IMG/VR virus record: IMGVR_UViG_3300035438_000178
Coordinates: 1-61,720 of that record
DNA length: 61,720 bases
Strand: one strand, 5' to 3'
DNA from: a virus
Lineage: Duplodnaviria > Caudoviricetes
The translations under genes and the position numbers were made by a program. Each line of letters starts with the position of its first letter. Position 1 is the first letter of the stretch. Below, piece by piece: positions 20,672 to 30,549 of the stretch. Under the pieces are notes generated by a model. The model did no database searches. It saw nothing but the letters and a program-made list of their open reading frames with translations, and was not told where the DNA came from.

Positions 20672-20727
20672 AGTTCAAGTTTTAAGATTAAAGAACAAAT
20701 ACAATACTATGCTGGACAAATATACTT

Positions 20728-23169
20728 CTATTCTTGAAGCAAAATTTTCATAATGTCATCCTCCTGCTCGTCAGTCAATTCAGGACGTTCGCCCTTACGT
20801 TGAGAGATTAGTTTAGACTGGGCAACAGCTTGTTTATCAACGCGCTCATCTTTCCGGTCTTCCTTCATCTTGTCAAGCATCTCCTTCTGTTGGGTCTGAT
20901 TGACATTCATCTGACCCATCGCCATCAACTTCTGCTTTTCCAATTCTGTACGTAAGCTGTACTCCAACTGAAGCAACTGCTTCTTGCCTTCGGTCTCAGC
21001 AGCAATCTCTGCCTGACGAGCCTGTGCCTGTGCTTGAGTTTCAGCCATTCTGCCTTGAGAAGTTACCTGAGCAACTTGAGCATTAGCCTGTGCCTGCATC
21101 TGAGAGTTCTGAGCAGCCTGTTCTTGCTTCTCGCGGATACGCTTCTTACGACGAACAACCAGCAAACGCTCGGCTTGGTCTACATCTTTCAACTGACGGA
21201 TAGCAATAGCGTCCTCCAAGTTGATTTCTCCAATGCTCAATGCAGCTTGAATGTTGGCTTCCAAGTACGCTTTGTCTTGGTCATCCATCTCCGTAACTAC
21301 GCGCACACCAAAGTTGTACATAGGAAGGTCCTTGAACGATGCAAGAATCTTCATATTCTCAACTCCAATAGCAGTTTCGTAAGCTTTGAACAGAATAGAC
21401 TTCTCAGGGATAATCTGAAGGCAACGAACTACGTCCTCACAAACACGACGGAACAATACCAAAGAAGCATTCGTAATGTCGTAAGTGGCGTTGTTTGCAG
21501 CAGCAATAGCCTGTTGACGTACACCTACGAGTTGCTCACCCTTAGGAGTAGTACCATCGACAACCTCGTTGATTCCCGTAGCGTCGCGAATCATACGCAA
21601 GTTGTGGTTGTAGATTCCAATCAACTCATTGATATTCCGAATGCTGTTGTCCAACGGGCGGATAGGAGGATTCTGGAAACTACCATCAGGATTCTTAGAA
21701 CGATAGTAGAAGATACCAGTCTGCTCGTAGATGTCTTGGATATCAAGTGGTTGCAATTCACCACCACGTCCAAGTTGTACGTTCTCCAATCCTTCGATGT
21801 CTACAATCAATCCATCAGGCTTAGCCTTAGCAATTGATTGCTGCATCTTCAGGTGAGAAAGTTGCAGTTGGTCAGCAAAGGTGATGATGCCAGATACCAT
21901 TGACTTAGGAATCATCCGACGCAAGTTCACAGCAACAGCGCTGTAAGAGAAGCGAGGACGAGACATATCGTGAACATTCTTCGGGATATTCTTCTTCAGA
22001 CCGTAGTCGAACAAGTAATCCGTTCCAATGATGTACTTACCTCCATAGATGGTGGCATTCTGCATATGCACAGCCTCACGGTCATAAACAGACTGCTGAG
22101 GTGCTTTGTACTGATATCCTTTGTAGTAGAATCCGATATTGCCAAAGCGTGACTCTTTCTTCTCAAAGATGATGTCGTCAACAGAAGCAAACTCAAACTC
22201 CATCATATTGATGGTGTATTGGTCGTAGCCATATTGGTATACGCCAAGAGCAGAGTCGTAGTAAGATTCAGAAAGGCGGTCAGGGTTGTTACCCATCGTG
22301 TTCATCACAGTGACAGCCATCTGTTTGTACTGGTCTTCAGTAAACTGAGTTCCAGCCATCCGCTTAAGTTCCTGAATAGAAATACGACGGAGGTGACCCA
22401 TATAGATACAATCCGAGAAGTTCGGGTCGTCTGTAAGGCTATGGATAAAGTAAGCAGGGTCTACGTAGTCCTCTTTGATTCCGTAGTTCGGGTCGTTGTT
22501 ACGCTTAACAACAGCCATACCGATGCTAACGAGGTCTTCTACGTTGCGACGATAGATACGCTCATTAAAGTCATTCCAAGACAGTGTGAGGCGTGTAGCA
22601 ATCTGTGCTGCAATCTCTGCTTGCGTCTTGATGTTTGTTTCGAAGAAAATCTCTGCTTCTTCAAGGCTTTCAGGAAGAGCGTCTGGGTCAGCAGATGTTT
22701 CAAGACCCATTTCCTTAGCTTCCTTAAGAATATCCTTATTCTTAACCATTGCCCGGATACGAGCCTTCTCCTTATCCTTCTCACTATGAGAAAGTGGGTC
22801 AATTGCCTCTACGTTAGGATATGGTTCAGTAGACAGAATCTTATTGACTACAATCTTAACGAACTTAGGGATGATGGGTACTGGAGACCAATCAATAGAA
22901 AGAAGAGCACCATCACCATTGTTCGGGTCCAGAGACGTTAGAATCTGTTTGTAGATATTGGTATCCTGAGTTCCATTCGCATAGTCGCGATTGATTTGAA
23001 ACTCACGCCAACGGACATTGTACAATGAACCAGTTGTGTCAACTCCTCCCCACTGCGAGTATACGCTTTTCGCGTATTGTAAACCGTACTCTTTACTGAC
23101 CTTCGTTGTGTGATTCGCCAACGGGTCAGGAAAGTTTACGTTACTCGACAAGTCGATATAGTCTGCCAT
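20728..23169 (-). CDS. Portal protein
   Basis: 813 aa; IDWSPVPIIPKFVKIVV, IRDATGINEVVDG, Gln-rich coiled-coil C-terminus; directly after terminase. Confidence 0.88.
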   Translation of the reverse strand: MADYIDLSSNVNFPDPLANHTTKVSKEYGLQYAKSVYSQWGGVDTTGSLYNVRWREFQINRDYANGTQDTNIYKQILTSLDPNNGDGALLSIDWSPVPIIPKFVKIVVNKILSTEPYPNVEAIDPLSHSEKDKEKARIRAMVKNKDILKEAKEMGLETSADPDALPESLEEAEIFFETNIKTQAEIAAQIATRLTLSWNDFNERIYRRNVEDLVSIGMAVVKRNNDPNYGIKEDYVDPAYFIHSLTDDPNFSDCIYMGHLRRISIQELKRMAGTQFTEDQYKQMAVTVMNTMGNNPDRLSESYYDSALGVYQYGYDQYTINMMEFEFASVDDIIFEKKESRFGNIGFYYKGYQYKAPQQSVYDREAVHMQNATIYGGKYIIGTDYLFDYGLKKNIPKNVHDMSRPRFSYSAVAVNLRRMIPKSMVSGIITFADQLQLSHLKMQQSIAKAKPDGLIVDIEGLENVQLGRGGELQPLDIQDIYEQTGIFYYRSKNPDGSFQNPPIRPLDNSIRNINELIGIYNHNLRMIRDATGINEVVDGTTPKGEQLVGVRQQAIAAANNATYDITNASLVLFRRVCEDVVRCLQIIPEKSILFKAYETAIGVENMKILASFKDLPMYNFGVRVVTEMDDQDKAYLEANIQAALSIGEINLEDAIAIRQLKDVDQAERLLVVRRKKRIREKQEQAAQNSQMQAQANAQVAQVTSQGRMAETQAQAQARQAEIAAETEGKKQLLQLEYSLRTELEKQKLMAMGQMNVNQTQQKEMLDKMKEDRKDERVDKQAVAQSKLISQRKGERPELTDEQEDDIMKILLQE

Positions 23170-23206
23170 AATAACTTAAGCCTTTTATGCAAATATACAG
23201 ATATAA

Positions 23207-25327
23207 CTAACGCCTGATTTCCCGTGTCTTACGGAAGAATACTTTCTCATTGAAATTAGTTTTGGGCTTTTCCATCGTAACCTTCTGAGCGCCAAGCAAT
23301 GCTAAGCCAGACGAGATACTCAAGTCAAATCTAGTTCGGTCATCAATCTTGAAATTCACCCAATCCTCAAGAGTTCTAACAAAGTACATATTCCCGTACT
23401 GTCCGGTCTCGTCGTTGAGTCCAACGTGATGGTGGATATAAGATTCAATAGCCTGAGCGTGAGCTTGAATGACATCCTGAGAGTTAGATGGAATACCTTT
23501 TGACTTCACCGTAACGTGGGTGGTAGAACCGCCGAGGTGTTGTGGTCGGTCCATAATGTAACCATCGTAACCTCTTGATTCAAAGTATCTTACGATTCCG
23601 TATTTGTTGTTTTCTATCAAGAGAGGGAAGCCATAGAACACAGCAGCCATCAAAACATCCTCATAGAATATCTTCGCTAGAGGTGGTCTTGATGCATACT
23701 CGGCTACAAACATATTGGAAGGAAACTCCATATTGAACTTGGTCATCATATGACAAGCACCTTTAGAGCCACGTCCATCTGTAGTCACATCCAAGTCATA
23801 GGAGTCAACTCCACCAATGCCGAGGTGTGTATTGGGTGGAATCTTCTTATTCTTCTCTACTTTATATATGTTCTGCAAATGGGACGGAGGCATCCACGTA
23901 ATTCGCCACCTACCATTTGGGTCGGGTGAGAAGATAACCTTAGAGTCCTGAACGCCATCCTGCCAAACGAAGTTCCCAATTACTACAGGATTAGGAAACA
24001 AATCTTCGTTGTACTGAACCTGTTCGTATATCTTGTTGATGTTGAACAGGCTGGACTTTGTTGAATCACGAAATGCCTCATCATCAGTAAATGGGAACTG
24101 ACGGATGAATTCATTGAGTTCGTAGCTATCTGAGGACATAGCACGACGCTCGTTTCTCAAGAACGTCTTGGCTCCAATCTTGATGACGTCACCATCCATA
24201 CTTATGATTGGCTTCTCAGGGTCTTCAACGATAGCATTTCCATAGGTATCAAAGAAACCTTCCAATGCTTCGTAGGCAGGGATAAAAATCCGGTACAATC
24301 CAGAAATAGTACGGTCATTTTCGTTCCGTTTGCTTACATCTGAGTTCTGATACAGCTTTTTGTACTGGCGACCACCCTTATCCAGCGGGTTTACCGTAGA
24401 ACCTACCAGTGCTTTACCAATAATCTTACGACCAATCATCAAACAGGTACGATGGATGCGCCAAGATTCAGTAATATCTGCTGGCTTTACCCATTTTCCA
24501 GCCTCATCAAGAAACAAGACGTGGGTCTTGGAGCCGTCATAGGCGTTGTTGGTGGTATTTTTCCAGTTGATGATGGTGTCTAGCGCTTCCCCGACCTGAG
24601 AAGTTTTGTTATTCTTGGTAATACGTTTGGAAGGTTCGCGAAAAGCAAGCTCAACGCGAGGATTTGTCGTACCATCTTGGATAGGTTTAAAGAAGAAAGG
24701 GTAAGAACGGAAGATTGGGAGAACCTTCGACATAAAGACAGCATCCTGAGCGTCATCACCTGTCTTGGACATAATGCCCAACAGCTTCTCCTTCACTTGA
24801 GTAGCCTCATCCACAAGAATGGAGCTACACATATTGGTATATCCAGAGCGACGACACTTAACGTACACCTGTCCATAGCATCGTGGGTCTACTTCACAAG
24901 CCATTTGGTGAATGTGCAGTTTCCACTGGAAATGCAAGAAGCTTGGGTATCCAATATCAATCTTGCTCCACTGAAGAAACATATAGTGGTGTCCAGTCAG
25001 ATAGATTGGAACGCCATTATTGTAGAACCACACACCATTCCTACGTCTTTCGAACTCTGTCTCAATGTAGTCGTTGTACTTAGCCTTAAACTCTTTAGGC
25101 ATTTCGTACCACTCATCCATTGACTTAACGCCAATAAGCTCCTTAGGTGGCTCCTGACGTTCCCAGTATTGGTCTTCTTTCTTCTTATTATGAAAGAGGA
25201 TTTTAGATTTCTCAGGAAGTTCTGGGAGTTGAATCTGTAAATCTGCCAGTTCAATTATCTCTCCAGAAGTTTCCTGAGGACATATATTGATTACGACCTT
25301 ATCATCTATAATCTTTAGGCCAGCCAT
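23207..25327 (-). CDS. terL: Terminase large subunit
   Basis: 706 aa; Walker A-like KCRRSGYT, Walker B LFLDEAGK, RNase H nuclease motifs GGVDSYD and LIENNK, FDLSIS. Confidence 0.92.
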   Translation of the reverse strand: MAGLKIIDDKVVINICPQETSGEIIELADLQIQLPELPEKSKILFHNKKKEDQYWERQEPPKELIGVKSMDEWYEMPKEFKAKYNDYIETEFERRRNGVWFYNNGVPIYLTGHHYMFLQWSKIDIGYPSFLHFQWKLHIHQMACEVDPRCYGQVYVKCRRSGYTNMCSSILVDEATQVKEKLLGIMSKTGDDAQDAVFMSKVLPIFRSYPFFFKPIQDGTTNPRVELAFREPSKRITKNNKTSQVGEALDTIINWKNTTNNAYDGSKTHVLFLDEAGKWVKPADITESWRIHRTCLMIGRKIIGKALVGSTVNPLDKGGRQYKKLYQNSDVSKRNENDRTISGLYRIFIPAYEALEGFFDTYGNAIVEDPEKPIISMDGDVIKIGAKTFLRNERRAMSSDSYELNEFIRQFPFTDDEAFRDSTKSSLFNINKIYEQVQYNEDLFPNPVVIGNFVWQDGVQDSKVIFSPDPNGRWRITWMPPSHLQNIYKVEKNKKIPPNTHLGIGGVDSYDLDVTTDGRGSKGACHMMTKFNMEFPSNMFVAEYASRPPLAKIFYEDVLMAAVFYGFPLLIENNKYGIVRYFESRGYDGYIMDRPQHLGGSTTHVTVKSKGIPSNSQDVIQAHAQAIESYIHHHVGLNDETGQYGNMYFVRTLEDWVNFKIDDRTRFDLSISSGLALLGAQKVTMEKPKTNFNEKVFFRKTREIRR

Positions 25328-25626
25328 TATGCACCTTTCGCTTTGCGTTCAGCAAATCCACCTTTGAAGTCAACTTCTTCTCCTATCTTCTTGGAATCCT
25401 CAAGGTCAAGAATCATCTGCTCAAGACGTTGACGTTCTTGTAGGAGTTCTCGGCAGTCGATTACGGACTGCTTGATGGAAGAGAGTTCAGCCTTACGTGC
25501 AGCACCGGAAATCTCAGAATCTACAGGGACGCGAATCTCCTCAATGAGGTTATTGATTGCGTCCTCCATAGAATCTAAAAGTCTTCGTGCTGCATCTACC
25601 GTGGTAAACTTATTCTTTGTAGTCAT
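25327..25626 (-). CDS. Putative terminase small subunit
   Basis: 99 aa helical, ends KGGFAERKA; abuts terL. Confidence 0.6.
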   Translation of the reverse strand: MTTKNKFTTVDAARRLLDSMEDAINNLIEEIRVPVDSEISGAARKAELSSIKQSVIDCRELLQERQRLEQMILDLEDSKKIGEEVDFKGGFAERKAKGA

Positions 25627-26197
25627 AACAGATTGCCATAATATGGTCAGTATACATACGCCATACTTTCTTCCCTTGAACCTCCATCTCGTAGTCTGAA
25701 TTCTTGGAGAACAACACGATGTCTCCCTTCTTCACGCCTAGTTCCGCAAGAGCATCAGAGTCGAACATAATCCGACCGTAGCGATTCTCTTCTGGTTCAA
25801 GTGATACAATCTCAATGATATCACTAGTAATCTTCTTAGGCTGCTTTACAGGCTCTACGAATACCCAGTTGGTCAACATATGAAGACCTTCTTCGTTCTC
25901 GTAGGCATACACCTGAGTAGCAAATCCACCACTAGGGTCGTACTCAGCACGATAGTGGCGTTTCTTTTCATCCATTACCTGCATACCATCGACCATTACG
26001 TGGTGATGTAGGTATACAGTGTCCCCAACTTTCACTGGAGTTTTGTGTTTAGCGGGTACTGCGACTACTTTCCCTTGCGGAATGCGGTGTTCGAACTCGC
26101 TAAACTTGGACGAAAGGTACATTTCCTGACCACCAACGGTGACCGTTTCCTTTACCGCCTGTGGGATGTGGACGATAAAGCTGTCTAAACATTGCAT
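25610..26197 (-). CDS. Co-chaperonin GroES-like protein (two GroES-like domains)
   Basis: GKVVAVP..VKVGDTVYLHH and WVFVEPV..GVKKGDIVLFSKNSDYEMEVQGKK; start taken at MQCLD. Confidence 0.7.
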   Translation of the reverse strand: MQCLDSFIVHIPQAVKETVTVGGQEMYLSSKFSEFEHRIPQGKVVAVPAKHKTPVKVGDTVYLHHHVMVDGMQVMDEKKRHYRAEYDPSGGFATQVYAYENEEGLHMLTNWVFVEPVKQPKKITSDIIEIVSLEPEENRYGRIMFDSDALAELGVKKGDIVLFSKNSDYEMEVQGKKVWRMYTDHIMAICYDYKE

Positions 26198-26207
26198 ATG
26201 AATTGAA

Positions 26208-26441
26208 TTAGAAATTACAGTCGTTTTCATAAATGACGTTTTCGTTCATTATGGTTTTCCAACACATAATGCCTCTATCGTCCTTTATGTATACCCTAAA
26301 CTTTTCCTTTCCGAATTGCTCAAGATACTGCAAATCTAATACGATTGCTTCAATTTTCGATACTCCTACATTTTGACCTACGTAATAAGCCATAGCATTG
26401 AGGGGGTTTGGCCCCACAATGATTTTCCTAATAAGTTCCAT
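26208..26441 (-). CDS. Conserved small phage protein
   Basis: 77 aa; IRKIIVG....AMAYYVGQ, typically adjacent to GroES-like genes in flavobacterial phages. Confidence 0.55.
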   Translation of the reverse strand: MELIRKIIVGPNPLNAMAYYVGQNVGVSKIEAIVLDLQYLEQFGKEKFRVYIKDDRGIMCWKTIMNENVIYENDCNF

Positions 26442-26469
26442 TTAATTTATTTAAGTGTCTGGCAATCAA

Positions 26470-27447
26470 TTAGTAACTGTAGAACAGTTTAGCATCCATA
26501 CGCAAGTATTGTGCTTCACCAGAGGTGTTGCTTGCGCGAAGAAGTAATTGAGAACCAGAAGTTGTTGCGGTGAATGTTACTGTTGCTGCGGTAGATGCTC
26601 CGTAGAAAGTATGGATATCTTCGTCTACGGTCACGTTGGTTCCGGTAGAAGAAGTCCAGATGATACGGATGGTTCCGATACGCTTGGTAGATTCAGCAGC
26701 GTTATAGAGTGTGTACTCGATTTTCACGCCTTTGAAGTTTGCGTACTGGGGAGAGAATACGGTAAAGTTGCTTGCACCGATTGCGATTGTTGCGCTTACG
26801 GCACGACGATAGATAGCAGCGTTACCTGAGTTAGTTTCACGAACGACAAACTCAAGGCCACTCCAGATAAGCTGCTCGGAACCAGCGCTGGTGCTCATCG
26901 TAAAGTTTGATGTAGCGGACAGCGTTCCGGCGCTGTTGAATTGGATTTGGGTGTTGGAACCTGCTGCGGTAGAGATGAAAGCGAGGTTTGCTTGCAGGTA
27001 GGCAACGATATCAGAGAATACGATTCCTTTGTGTTGGGTAGCGGTAAAGTCCCAAATAAGGAAAGAGTCAGCAGGGGAAACAGTTGCTGAGTTTAGCTGT
27101 GCTAGGTTTGCTGGGTTATCAAGACCAAAAACAAACGAAGACAGCGTAATAGGGGATGCTGCGGTGTAGGTGCTGGTACTTGAAGTAAAGGCGTTTGTTC
27201 CAAGTTCACGGGTAACGGCCTTAGTTCCGTCAAACAGGAGTGCTGTGAGTTCGGATGGGGCATTAGGTGGTGTAGCTGTAAAGCGTAGTTCACCATTAAT
27301 CTCTACTGCGGTGGTCCCAAGTTTAAGAGCCGTATCGTTTCCGTTGCCGTCTTCGATTACTTTTGGGGTACTGGTAGCGGTATTGGTTTCCAGCTTCAGA
27401 AGCGAGGGAAAAGCATCTTTTACTTTTTGACCGGACAGAGTTGCCAT
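26470..27447 (-). CDS. Virion fibre-like structural protein
   Basis: 325 aa, Thr/Ser/Ala-rich; MATLSGQKVKDAFPSLLK, AGSNTQIQFNSAG. Confidence 0.6.
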   Translation of the reverse strand: MATLSGQKVKDAFPSLLKLETNTATSTPKVIEDGNGNDTALKLGTTAVEINGELRFTATPPNAPSELTALLFDGTKAVTRELGTNAFTSSTSTYTAASPITLSSFVFGLDNPANLAQLNSATVSPADSFLIWDFTATQHKGIVFSDIVAYLQANLAFISTAAGSNTQIQFNSAGTLSATSNFTMSTSAGSEQLIWSGLEFVVRETNSGNAAIYRRAVSATIAIGASNFTVFSPQYANFKGVKIEYTLYNAAESTKRIGTIRIIWTSSTGTNVTVDEDIHTFYGASTAATVTFTATTSGSQLLLRASNTSGEAQYLRMDAKLFYSY

Positions 27448-27484
27448 AATCTTTTAATTTTGTACAAATATAAATTTAATTCAT

Positions 27485-27928
27485 ATGCCTAAAAGCAGAG
27501 TACGTAAGTCAAGGATGTTCAGGCAGTTTTCTCCGTTGCAGGAGCGAAACCTGTCGCACACTGGTATGGAGTTGTTGGGTCCTGTATATCGTTTCTGCAA
27601 GAAGACCTATGGGTTGTCGCAGAGTGAGATTCATTGTTTGCTGTTGGGGTACAGCTATGAGTTCTTCACCATTGACCATATGAGTGAGAAGATGAACCTT
27701 AGTAGGTATCAATTTCAGCGTAGGACGATTGCTCCACTAGGAAACGCTGGCTATCTATATCGCCACTTTGATAGGTTGAGTGGCAAGAAGATGGAAGAGT
27801 TTATGTTCCGAGACGAGGAATCGTTCTGCGTTCGGTTTGCACTGACGCAGAAGGGCAGGTTGTTTGTCGCAAAGTTCTACCGGATGTGTTCCGGTAAGGA
27901 ACCTATGAGTGAGAAGCCTTCACTTTAA
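27485..27928 (+). CDS. Winged-helix (MarR-like) DNA-binding regulator
   Basis: 147 aa; YGLSQSEIHCLL, PLGNAGYL, RFALTQKGRLFV wing motif; the only plus-strand gene in the late region. Confidence 0.6.
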   Translation: MPKSRVRKSRMFRQFSPLQERNLSHTGMELLGPVYRFCKKTYGLSQSEIHCLLLGYSYEFFTIDHMSEKMNLSRYQFQRRTIAPLGNAGYLYRHFDRLSGKKMEEFMFRDEESFCVRFALTQKGRLFVAKFYRMCSGKEPMSEKPSL

Positions 27929-28064
27929 AGGGCATCTCCAGAGAGGCGTTTTGATGGGGAACGAATTTACCTGAGTGTTTCATCAGGAAAAAGCGTCCTC
28001 CTTCATTCATCCAGTGGTATCCTTCTGGAGCCTTGACCATTATTTTCTTCTTAGAGACTTTCAT
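27903..28064 (-). CDS. Small basic protein (not in ORF track)
   Basis: My translation: MKVSKKKIMVKAPEGYHWMNEGGRFFLMKHSGKFVPHQNASLEMPFKVKASHS*; ATGA overlap with the upstream stop. Confidence 0.65.
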   Translation of the reverse strand: MKVSKKKIMVKAPEGYHWMNEGGRFFLMKHSGKFVPHQNASLEMPFKVKASHS

Positions 28065-28288
28065 TTCTTGGCTCTGTTTTTAGATGCTGGGATAAACTTC
28101 TTCTCAGTGTGGTCGTAGTCCATACCATCGCCATTGCCGTAGCGTCCGGCTTTGTGTCGCATTTTGTTTAGAAATGCACGATACTTCTTACGCTCTTCGG
28201 TAGAATGGTACTTGGTATTGTACTCATTCTTCTTCTCACGAGCTTCGGGGTTCTCCTTGAAGTATTTAGCGGACTTGCTGAGTTTCAT
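28061..28288 (-). CDS. Small basic protein (degenerate HNH-like)
   Basis: 75 aa; GNGDGMDYDH..ASKNRA. Confidence 0.55.
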   Translation of the reverse strand: MKLSKSAKYFKENPEAREKKNEYNTKYHSTEERKKYRAFLNKMRHKAGRYGNGDGMDYDHTEKKFIPASKNRAKK

Positions 28289-28674
28289 TTCCGGAATGCT
28301 TTAACCTTTTTGGCGATGGACTTGGGTTGTGCAACGAATTGTTTCCCTTGCGCTGTTCCTTCGCGTTTGGCTTTGGTGGTAGCGGCATACTCTTGGGGTG
28401 ACAGGGACTTGATGGCTTTTTCGGGCAGGTATCTTTCTCCTGTTTGTGAGGAGGGTTTACCGCTTTTGGTACGCCATTTTTGTTTTGTCCACTTGGAGAG
28501 TGACGTTTCCTTCTTGGGTCCAGCGTAGGAGCCTCCTTCTTTCTTGTAGAGGGATACTGCTAGCTGAGCTTTTCGGGCACTCCATTCTCCGGGGTCACCG
28601 CCTTTGCTTCCGCCTTTCACGCGAGCCACAATGCGTTTCCACAGTGCTGGATTCTTTTTCGTTGCAGTGCTCAT
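28285..28674 (-). CDS. Basic phage protein (DUF5872-like)
   Basis: 129 aa; GSKGGDPGEWSARKAQL, LSKWTKQKWRTKSGK, GERYLP. Confidence 0.7.
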   Translation of the reverse strand: MSTATKKNPALWKRIVARVKGGSKGGDPGEWSARKAQLAVSLYKKEGGSYAGPKKETSLSKWTKQKWRTKSGKPSSQTGERYLPEKAIKSLSPQEYAATTKAKREGTAQGKQFVAQPKSIAKKVKAFRK

Positions 28675-28692
28675 TTGGAATACTGTCCCTGT

Positions 28693-28878
28693 TTATTCCT
28701 CTTCACCTTCTTCGTAGAAGCAGGCTTTGACTTTGTAATGGGTTGGTTGTTTTCCACTTGCTTTAACAGCAGCAGCGACTGACTTAACAGCTTCGTCAAG
28801 AGTTGTGGCTTTGACCATAATAAGCGAGCCATCCTCATCCATTTTTCCACCTTCGTAGTATTTTTTAGTTACTTTCAT
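28693..28878 (-). CDS. Small hypothetical protein with N-terminal YxxGG motif
   Basis: 61 aa, MKVTKKYYEGGKM; ATGA coupling. Confidence 0.55.
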   Translation of the reverse strand: MKVTKKYYEGGKMDEDGSLIMVKATTLDEAVKSVAAAVKASGKQPTHYKVKACFYEEGEEE

Positions 28879-29105
28879 TTTTTAGCGAATTTGCGTAGGG
28901 TCATTGCGAGTTGAGCGCGTTTTCCAAGCTTACCACCTTTCTTAGCAGCTTCTTTGAGTTTATCTACGGGAATCTTTTCACCCATAGGTACATCCAGTTG
29001 CTTATGCAGAGCACCGGGTTTTGCTTTTTCGAGGGCTTTCTTAATCCAGCCACCCTTTGCGTATTCAGGTGACATCCCGCCACCCATATACATTTTCTTA
29101 CTCAT
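28875..29105 (-). CDS. Small basic protein
   Basis: WIKKA..KPGALHKQL.VP.GEKIP..GKRAQLA.TL; start may be 29111 or 29105. Confidence 0.65.
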   Translation of the reverse strand: MSKKMYMGGGMSPEYAKGGWIKKALEKAKPGALHKQLDVPMGEKIPVDKLKEAAKKGGKLGKRAQLAMTLRKFAKK

Positions 29106-29107
29106 TT

Positions 29108-29575
29108 TCATTTATAGGGAATATAAGAGGTTTTTCCTTTAGCATCACGGACAGCACGGAGAATCTGTTTACGGTTAGCACCTTTACGGTATCCAACGTG
29201 TACCCAGTCGGGGTTAGTAGAAGTACCAAACTCCCAAATCAGTTGGTCAAAGTCAAGGTTGTCCTTAACAAAGTCAAAGACCATCTTATTAGTCACTCCA
29301 GTACCCTTATCATCTTGGTCGAGGTCAAGAGCACGACCGTTGCAATGGTCAGAGGATGCACTACCACCGATAGCCTTATTCAAAGCAGCAGAGCGATAGG
29401 CAGAGGAAATGAAGATAGGTTTTGCAAAATGCTCCCGTATAGGAGTGTGAACAGCTTCACAGGTAACCTTGAGGTTCTCCAAGTGCTCAGGAGTAGGCAT
29501 ATTACTGATGCCTTTGCGTTTAGCGTTATCTGAGGAGGTAACCTCGGAGATAGCTACATACTTACTGACTTGCAT
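29108..29575 (-). CDS. Endolysin, peptidase M15 family
   Basis: 155 aa; ISSAYRS..LNKAIGG..SDHCNGRALDL, FDQLIWEF, WVHVGY. Confidence 0.88.
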   Translation of the reverse strand: MQVSKYVAISEVTSSDNAKRKGISNMPTPEHLENLKVTCEAVHTPIREHFAKPIFISSAYRSAALNKAIGGSASSDHCNGRALDLDQDDKGTGVTNKMVFDFVKDNLDFDQLIWEFGTSTNPDWVHVGYRKGANRKQILRAVRDAKGKTSYIPYK

Positions 29576-30007
29576 TTGCAGCGTGTTTTACGTTTGGTTT
29601 TAAGAATACAAGAATCTGTTTCCTTTCATTACAAGACAAATGTAACAACTTTCCAAATACAGAAAATCAGCACATACAGAATTTTGAACAATTGTGGATA
29701 AGGATTTGGAAATGTCATTTTTTTTTCGTAACTTCGCTTTGTCTTTAGACAGCTTTAGCATTGCAGCAATAACAATGTTATGTAAAGCAATGTATTCACA
29801 GAATCCCTTGCTTTTCCAAATCATAGCGTAAAACACGCTGCAAATACAACACAAACCATAACACGCTGAAGTCACAAACGTAAAGACGGCGTATTGCATT
29901 TATACATATAGGCTATTTCAATCCACCTTAGTGGTTGAATTAACAGATTCTATCTTCCTCAAAACCAATGGGGTAGCTGAACCACTTCAAGTTTTGCTTT
30001 AAATTGG

Positions 30008-30053
30008 GAGAAATGTATATGGTGCATAAAACATATGAGAAATGTATATGGTG
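30008..30053. repeat. 17-bp direct repeat GAGAAATGTATATGGTG x2
   Basis: Copies at 30008-30024 and 30037-30053 in the non-coding strand-switch region. Confidence 0.85.
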
Positions 30054-30451
30054 GGGATAATATATATATAGGGACGGTCCGTAGCGCGTACCCAAACGCA
30101 TCCGCGCACCCAAGCCCCCGCGCGCGCACGCAGAGTTAGAATAATATCTAGCCTTTTCTATAACTCCTAGTAAGAATATCTTAGCCTATTAGTTAGATAT
30201 CATAGTATTCTTTCTCTCCATCTAACCAATTGATTACTAGATACTAATGGTTTATTATCTCACTTAGTTCTTTAATTAAACCTTATATCTTTCTATCTAA
30301 CAAATAGTTAGAGTAAACAATCCCCTTCTTAGATATCTAACTAAGTATCTAATACAAAAACGGGCGAGGCGACGGCTCCAAAAAAGTAATAATTTATATT
30401 GTTCCAAAGGAACATATATATAAATTATTAAAAAAAAACATTTCAAAAAAC

Positions 30452-30483
30452 TTGACAACGGCATTTCCACCGCCATATCTTTG
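30452..30483 (+). promoter_or_regulatory. Early promoter P1 (TTGACA..TATCTTTG)
   Basis: Bacteroidota -33/-7 arrangement with upstream A-tract. Confidence 0.8.
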
Positions 30484-30549
30484 CATCGTCGCCGAGAGGA
30501 AAGCCCTCCACACACCGCGACTAATGAATAACTTAATGTAATAGTTATT

